Assembly: GCA_045863335.1 (NCBI GenBank)
Contig: BTVY01000024.1
Span: 32,001-96,000, forward strand
Direction of reading: 5' to 3'
DNA: 64,000 nucleotides
Origin: Candidatus Hydrogenedentota bacterium
GTDB taxonomy: Bacteria > Hydrogenedentota > Hydrogenedentia > Hydrogenedentales > SLHB01
The position numbers and the translations under genes are program-made. Shown here piece after piece: positions 59,536-64,000 of this stretch; position 1 is the stretch's first letter, and each line of letters starts with the position of its first letter. Under the pieces are notes generated by a model that saw only the letters and a list, made by a program, of their open reading frames with translations, had not been told where the DNA came from and did no database searches.

Positions 59536-61104
59536 GTGAGTTTATTGCAAATCCCACAAGTTACGGCTCCAGCGAGTGCGCCGGAGCCGGGAACGGTCGA
59601 AGGCGATAAGCCTGCGACGAAGAACGGCGAGGGCGGCGAGAAAGGCGCCTTCGCGATTCTGCTGTCCTTGTTGCAGGGGTCCGCGCCGGCTCAGCCCGGT
59701 ACGGCTCCGGGCATGACGGAAGGTTCGGGTACTGGGGAAGCGGCTCCGGCGAACGGCGGCCAAAGCCCCGGTGCTACATCTACGGCCTCGCAAAACGTGT
59801 TGCTCGTCGCCGGTAATGGTACTGCGACGAGCGGCGAAGCGGGACCGGACGCGGCGGCTATAACGCCGGCGCCGGAATCGAAAGGGCAGCCGGTGGACGC
59901 CAAGGCGCAGTCGGCCAAGAACGCGTCGACCAAGTCCAGCGAGACAGCACCCGCCAATCCGCCACCGGACCACGGCAAAGCGGTCACGACGGCGAAACCC
60001 GTTATCGTGACACAGGTGGTGACGCCGTCGCCGCCGGACGGGGCGAAGCAGACCAGTTCGGCGCAGTACGTTGTGCCGGAGCCGAACGCTGCGGCATCGG
60101 AGCCTGGCACGCCAACGAATCCCGTGAAGCAGACCGCGCCGGCGAATGCGCCGGTTGCGGAAGCGGAGACCGGGATTCCGATTGCCAAGCTGATTGATGC
60201 CGAGGACGCAGACGTCACGGTGGAAACGAAGCAGGCCGCGCCAGCGAAACCGGAAGCGGAGCCAATGGCTCAAGCTACCGGCTCGCGAAGCACGGCTCGT
60301 TTCATCGTTGCCAAACCGGACACGGTCGCGGCGGAAACGCCAAAGGCGAAGGCGGAGGGAACAACGGAGACTCTCTCCCCCACGCCGGCGCCAACGCCGA
60401 AACCGGTGTCAGACGGCGATGGCGACGCTGTGGCGAAGAGCCTCGATAGCGAGGAAGCTGCGATTCAAAAAGACCCTGCAAAGGTTCCCGTACGAACTGC
60501 GGCTGTCAGCGTCCAACACGCGGATGGTGCAGGTCCGGCAAGGGTCGAGTCTCCGCCGAATGCGGTAGTCCAAGTCGAACACGCCGCACCATCGAACGGT
60601 TCGGAACGTGTGAAGGCCGACGTGGACCCGGCGGCGCCGCCGGAGCGGACGACGGTGAAGACGATCGCCATCGACACGGTGAAAGGCGTGCGGTACCTGC
60701 TGACCAAGGGCGAACAGACGATGCGCATTCGTCTGGTACCCGAGTCACTTGGTGAGTTGAAGCTGGTCGTCACGTCGACCAACGACGAGATCACCGTGCG
60801 GCTCGCGAGCGCGAATCATAGCGTGCGCGAGTTGCTGCACACGCAGGTCCACCAGTTGCGCGAGGTACTCGCCCAGGACGGATCGAATGTCGGCAAGATT
60901 ACGATCACGGCCGACCTGAACGCTGGAGCGGGCACCGGGAATCCGCTGTCGGGTTCGCCCGACCGGGCCTGGACGCCTCACGCGCGCGGATGGAACGGCA
61001 ACACGCCCGGACCGCCCAATCAGAACCCCACAAACGGGCAACAGCCTGGCGCTGTGCCTCGAAGAACGGTGTCGCACAGCGGCACCCTCAACCTGTTCGC
61101 ATGA
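59536..61104 (+). CDS. fliK: Flagellar hook-length control protein FliK
   Basis: Long P/A/T-rich region, then MRIRLVPESLGEL...VRELL..QLREVLAQDG. AGGAGG abuts the GTG, so the exact start is uncertain. Confidence 0.9.
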   Translation: MSLLQIPQVTAPASAPEPGTVEGDKPATKNGEGGEKGAFAILLSLLQGSAPAQPGTAPGMTEGSGTGEAAPANGGQSPGATSTASQNVLLVAGNGTATSGEAGPDAAAITPAPESKGQPVDAKAQSAKNASTKSSETAPANPPPDHGKAVTTAKPVIVTQVVTPSPPDGAKQTSSAQYVVPEPNAAASEPGTPTNPVKQTAPANAPVAEAETGIPIAKLIDAEDADVTVETKQAAPAKPEAEPMAQATGSRSTARFIVAKPDTVAAETPKAKAEGTTETLSPTPAPTPKPVSDGDGDAVAKSLDSEEAAIQKDPAKVPVRTAAVSVQHADGAGPARVESPPNAVVQVEHAAPSNGSERVKADVDPAAPPERTTVKTIAIDTVKGVRYLLTKGEQTMRIRLVPESLGELKLVVTSTNDEITVRLASANHSVRELLHTQVHQLREVLAQDGSNVGKITITADLNAGAGTGNPLSGSPDRAWTPHARGWNGNTPGPPNQNPTNGQQPGAVPRRTVSHSGTLNLFA

Positions 61105-61121
61105 ACAAGGAGTGTGAACAC

Positions 61122-61679
61122 ATGAATCCCATCACCAAGATCGGCGGCAACTTGGCCGACCTGCTGAGTCCGGTGCTCGGAAAGGCCGGCCGTTCGTCGC
61201 CCTCCGCGAGCGTTGCACAATCGGACGACCTGAAGGCGGCTCTGTTAAAAGCAATTCAGGAAGGCAGTACGACCGCCACCAAGGCGGCGGGGTCGGCATC
61301 GGACGCAAGCACCGTGTTCGGGTCCGCGTCGAGCGAGTTGGGTAAGGACTCCTTTCTCCAACTGCTCGTCCTGCAAATGCAGAACCAGGACCCGCTGGAA
61401 CCCACCGACAACACGGAGATGATCGCCCAGTTGGCGCAGTTCTCCGCGCTCGAGCAGATGAACAATCTGAACGACAAGTTCGCGGAGTTCAGCGGCAATC
61501 TGGATCAGCTCAACTTCCTGACAGCAAGCGGCATGATTGGCCGTGAAGTGAGCGGCATCGACGTGGACGGCGAGTTGCTGCAGGGCACCGTGGACGGCGT
61601 GCAACTGATTGGCAGCGTCGTGTACCTGACCGTTGGCGAACGCCAAATGTCCATGGCGGGCGTCGAGACGATTCGGTGA
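61122..61679 (+). CDS. flgD: Flagellar hook capping protein FlgD
   Basis: LGKDSFLQLLVLQMQNQDPLEP, AQLAQFSALEQM. AAGGAG before ATG 61122. Confidence 0.96.
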   Translation: MNPITKIGGNLADLLSPVLGKAGRSSPSASVAQSDDLKAALLKAIQEGSTTATKAAGSASDASTVFGSASSELGKDSFLQLLVLQMQNQDPLEPTDNTEMIAQLAQFSALEQMNNLNDKFAEFSGNLDQLNFLTASGMIGREVSGIDVDGELLQGTVDGVQLIGSVVYLTVGERQMSMAGVETIR

Positions 61680-62086
61680 GCGTCATGCTGAATCGAGTCC
61701 ACCTGCACCGGGACGCCGGGCTTCTGCAAGAGCCCCGGCCGGTTCCATCGCAGCGAGCGCCAGCGTCGTCCTTCTCCTCGGTTCTGGAGGGCCAACTTCG
61801 CAGTGATCGCGAGGTGAAATTCTCGGCCCACGCCCTGCAACGGCTTCGCGACCGAGGCATTACCTTGACCGCGGCCGAAAAGTCGGGCATCGCACGGGCC
61901 CTGGACCAGGCGGAAGCGAAAGGCGCTCGCGACACCTTACTCCTTATGGACGGCAAGGCGCTGATTGCCAGCGTGCCGAACCGGACCATCATCACGGTCG
62001 TCCCCCCTCTGGAAGGGGAAGACACCGTATTCACGAACATTGACAGTGCGGTGGTCGTCGGCATGAAGCCGGCGGATGCCGCGTAA
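61676..62086 (+). CDS. Flagellar operon protein (TIGR02530 family)
   Basis: VKFSAHALQRLRDRGI, AEAKGARDTLLL, VPNRTIIT, VFTNIDSAV. Confidence 0.88.
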   Translation: MSVMLNRVHLHRDAGLLQEPRPVPSQRAPASSFSSVLEGQLRSDREVKFSAHALQRLRDRGITLTAAEKSGIARALDQAEAKGARDTLLLMDGKALIASVPNRTIITVVPPLEGEDTVFTNIDSAVVVGMKPADAA

Positions 62087-62170
62087 CAGACAACTTTCGG
62101 GCCGGACCCTTCGGGGAGGCCCGTACGCCGCCGACCGATTGACGCGGCGTTACGGAAAGGAGAGTGTTTT

Positions 62171-63415
62171 ATGGGTTCAGCAATTTTTACGGGCGTCACG
62201 GGGCTTCAAGTGCATCAGCGGCGCATCGACGTAATCGCGGCGAATATCGCCAACGTGAATACGACGGGCTATCGCGGTTCGCGGGCTCTGTTCCAGGACC
62301 TGTTCTCGCAGACCTTGCAGGGGCCGAGCGCGCCGTTGGGTACCTTCGGCGGCCGGAACGGTTCCCAGGTCGGTCTGGGTGTGCGCCTGGGCGTCATCGA
62401 CATCGACTTCACGCAGGGGACCTTGCTCAATACGGGCGTGGCATCCGATCTCGCCATTCAAGGGAACGGATTCTTCATCCTGAGCGGCGGCGGGGGCAAT
62501 TTCTACACGCGCGATGGCTCCTTCACCATCAACGCGAATGGTGAACTGGTCGACTCCGCGACGGGCTTGTTTGTCCAGGGGTTCCAGGCGGACGCGACAG
62601 GGACGATTGATCCCAATGCGCCCCTGACCAACATCTCGATTCCCTTGGGCACAACCTCCATCGTGCGGGCGACGACGCTGGTTTCGCTGGTGGGCAACCT
62701 GGATTCAACCTCAGCCGCAGGCGACACGGTGGTCCGCAACGTACAGGTCTTCGATTCGTTGGGGACAGCTCGAGACATTGAGATCACCTTCACGAAGTCC
62801 GCGACGACCAACGAGTGGGACTGGACCGCAGCGAGTTCCGATCCGGACATCGACACGGTGACCGGCGCGGGGACGATTGTGTTCGACACCGACGGCACCG
62901 TGCTGTCGGGTGGGTTGGGGAACATCAGCGTCACGTTCCTGGGGGGCATTCCTGCGGCGCCCATCGATCCCTTCGTATTCGACCTCGATTTCGGCGACCT
63001 GAGCCAACTTGACTCCGAAAGCGACGTCTCCATCAGCAACCAGGACGGCTATCCGCGCGGTACGCTGGAAGCTTTCAACATTGGGGCGAACGGCGTGCTG
63101 AACGGCGTGTTCTCGAACGGGCTCACCCAGGTGCTTGGGCAAGTAGCGCTGGCGACCTTCGCCAACAACGGCGGCCTCGTCCGCGACGGCAGCAACCTCT
63201 TCCGGGAGAGTCCGGGGTCGGGTATCGCGCAGATTGGCACGCCCAGCACGGGCGGACGCGGTCAGGTATCCGGCGGTGTGCTGGAAGGTTCCAATGTGGA
63301 CCTGGGCACGGAGTTCAGTAACCTGATTGTGACGCAACGCGGGTTCCAGGCGAATGCCCGGACCATCACGACCGCAGATACGCTCCTCCAGGAGACAGTG
63401 AATCTCGTCCGGTAG
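62171..63415 (+). CDS. flgE: Flagellar hook protein FlgE
   Basis: IAANIANVNTTGY, DLAIQGNGFF, YTRDGSF, QDGYPRG, LEGSNVDLGTEF, QRGFQANAR. Confidence 0.96.
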   Translation: MGSAIFTGVTGLQVHQRRIDVIAANIANVNTTGYRGSRALFQDLFSQTLQGPSAPLGTFGGRNGSQVGLGVRLGVIDIDFTQGTLLNTGVASDLAIQGNGFFILSGGGGNFYTRDGSFTINANGELVDSATGLFVQGFQADATGTIDPNAPLTNISIPLGTTSIVRATTLVSLVGNLDSTSAAGDTVVRNVQVFDSLGTARDIEITFTKSATTNEWDWTAASSDPDIDTVTGAGTIVFDTDGTVLSGGLGNISVTFLGGIPAAPIDPFVFDLDFGDLSQLDSESDVSISNQDGYPRGTLEAFNIGANGVLNGVFSNGLTQVLGQVALATFANNGGLVRDGSNLFRESPGSGIAQIGTPSTGGRGQVSGGVLEGSNVDLGTEFSNLIVTQRGFQANARTITTADTLLQETVNLVR

Positions 63416-63453
63416 GCGGGCGCGACTGACAGGAAGCGAATAGCATGAATAGT

Positions 63454-63501
63454 GGGGCTGGGAGATCGCGCAAAACGCTTCTCCCGGCCCCTCTTTTTTT
63501 T
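63454..63501 (+). terminator. Rho-independent terminator after flgE
   Basis: GGGGCTGGGAGA / TCTCCCGGCCCC stem followed by a long T tract. Confidence 0.85.
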
Positions 63502-63522
63502 GGCGGACCGCACGGGATGCTG

Positions 63523-63551
63523 TTGTCGTGAGTACACGGGAGTGGTAGAAT
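63523..63551 (+). promoter_or_regulatory. Putative sigma70 promoter of motA
   Basis: TTGTCG-N17-TAGAAT with an extended TG. Confidence 0.55.
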
Positions 63552-63607
63552 GTGGCGCGCTTAGCGGGAGGCAGGGTTGAACGGGGAGGCTCGGTAGACG
63601 GCAGCCT

Positions 63608-64000
63608 ATGGATATCGCAACAGTTGTAGGACTTATCGCCGGTATCGGTTTGGTCATTACCGCCATCTTGCTTGGGGGCAGCCCCGACGTATTTGTAAAC
63701 ATCCCTTCGATTCTGATTGTCGGGGGCGGCACGATCGCGGCGACATTGATTAACTATCCGCTGAGCGATGTGCTCAGCGTAATGTCCACCCTCCGCAACG
63801 CCTTCTTCCACAAGACCGTGACGCCGGATTCACTCATCAAGAAATTGGTGGGCTTCGCCACTATTGCCCGGCGGGAAGGAATCCTCGCGTTGGAGAGTCA
63901 CGCGGGCGATGCGGGTGATGAGTTCCTCCAGAAGAGCGTGCAGCTCGCCATCGACGGGACGGCCCCGGAACTTATCAAGGATATCCTCACGACGGAACTG
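63608..64000 (+). CDS. motA: Flagellar stator MotA/PomA (truncated by window end)
   Basis: Translated by hand: MDIATVVGL...FVNIPSILIVGGGTIAATLINYP...ARREGILALE...FLQKSVQLAIDG. Confidence 0.93.
   Translation, partial: MDIATVVGLIAGIGLVITAILLGGSPDVFVNIPSILIVGGGTIAATLINYPLSDVLSVMSTLRNAFFHKTVTPDSLIKKLVGFATIARREGILALESHAGDAGDEFLQKSVQLAIDGTAPELIKDILTTEL

Overview
GC-rich bacterial chromosome segment, mostly housekeeping genes. The PKD lipoproteins, ECF-sigma/carboxypeptidase-regulatory fusions and REP types suggest a PVC-like or Ca. Hydrogenedentota-type organism; this is inference only. In order, it contains: the Alternative Complex III operon (actABCDE, minus strand, cut by the window edge); an XRE-HTH/degenerate nucleotidyl-cyclase gene directly upstream of ahcY; an AT-richer accessory island (orphan ExbB/MotA-type three-gene motor, IS remnant, acidic protein plus NERD nuclease); PAP2, a decayed VapBC, an esterase and a URO-D family gene; sufBCDSU-nadA; a giant membrane-anchored ECF sigma factor; an M16 peptidase; a DUF1858-IscA-YgfZ/TPR module; PKD, GT2-methyltransferase, acylase, DUF433/DUF5615 TA, DUF362 and heparinase genes; a decapitated ECF paralog; a crotonase; degP; and a sigma54-driven flagellar operon (flgB to flgE, then motA cut by the edge). 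Intergenic regions carry several REP-like palindrome families. I found no rRNA, tRNA or CRISPR. The best novelty candidates are (1) a pseudo-cyclase transcription factor that may sense SAH or adenosine for ahcY, (2) the orphan ion motor, (3) the IscA-YgfZ-TPR Fe-S module, (4) structured leaders before nadA and flgE, and (5) a mini-FliF paralog and an apparent ACG start for fliG. All family calls come from motif recognition by eye; no searches were run.
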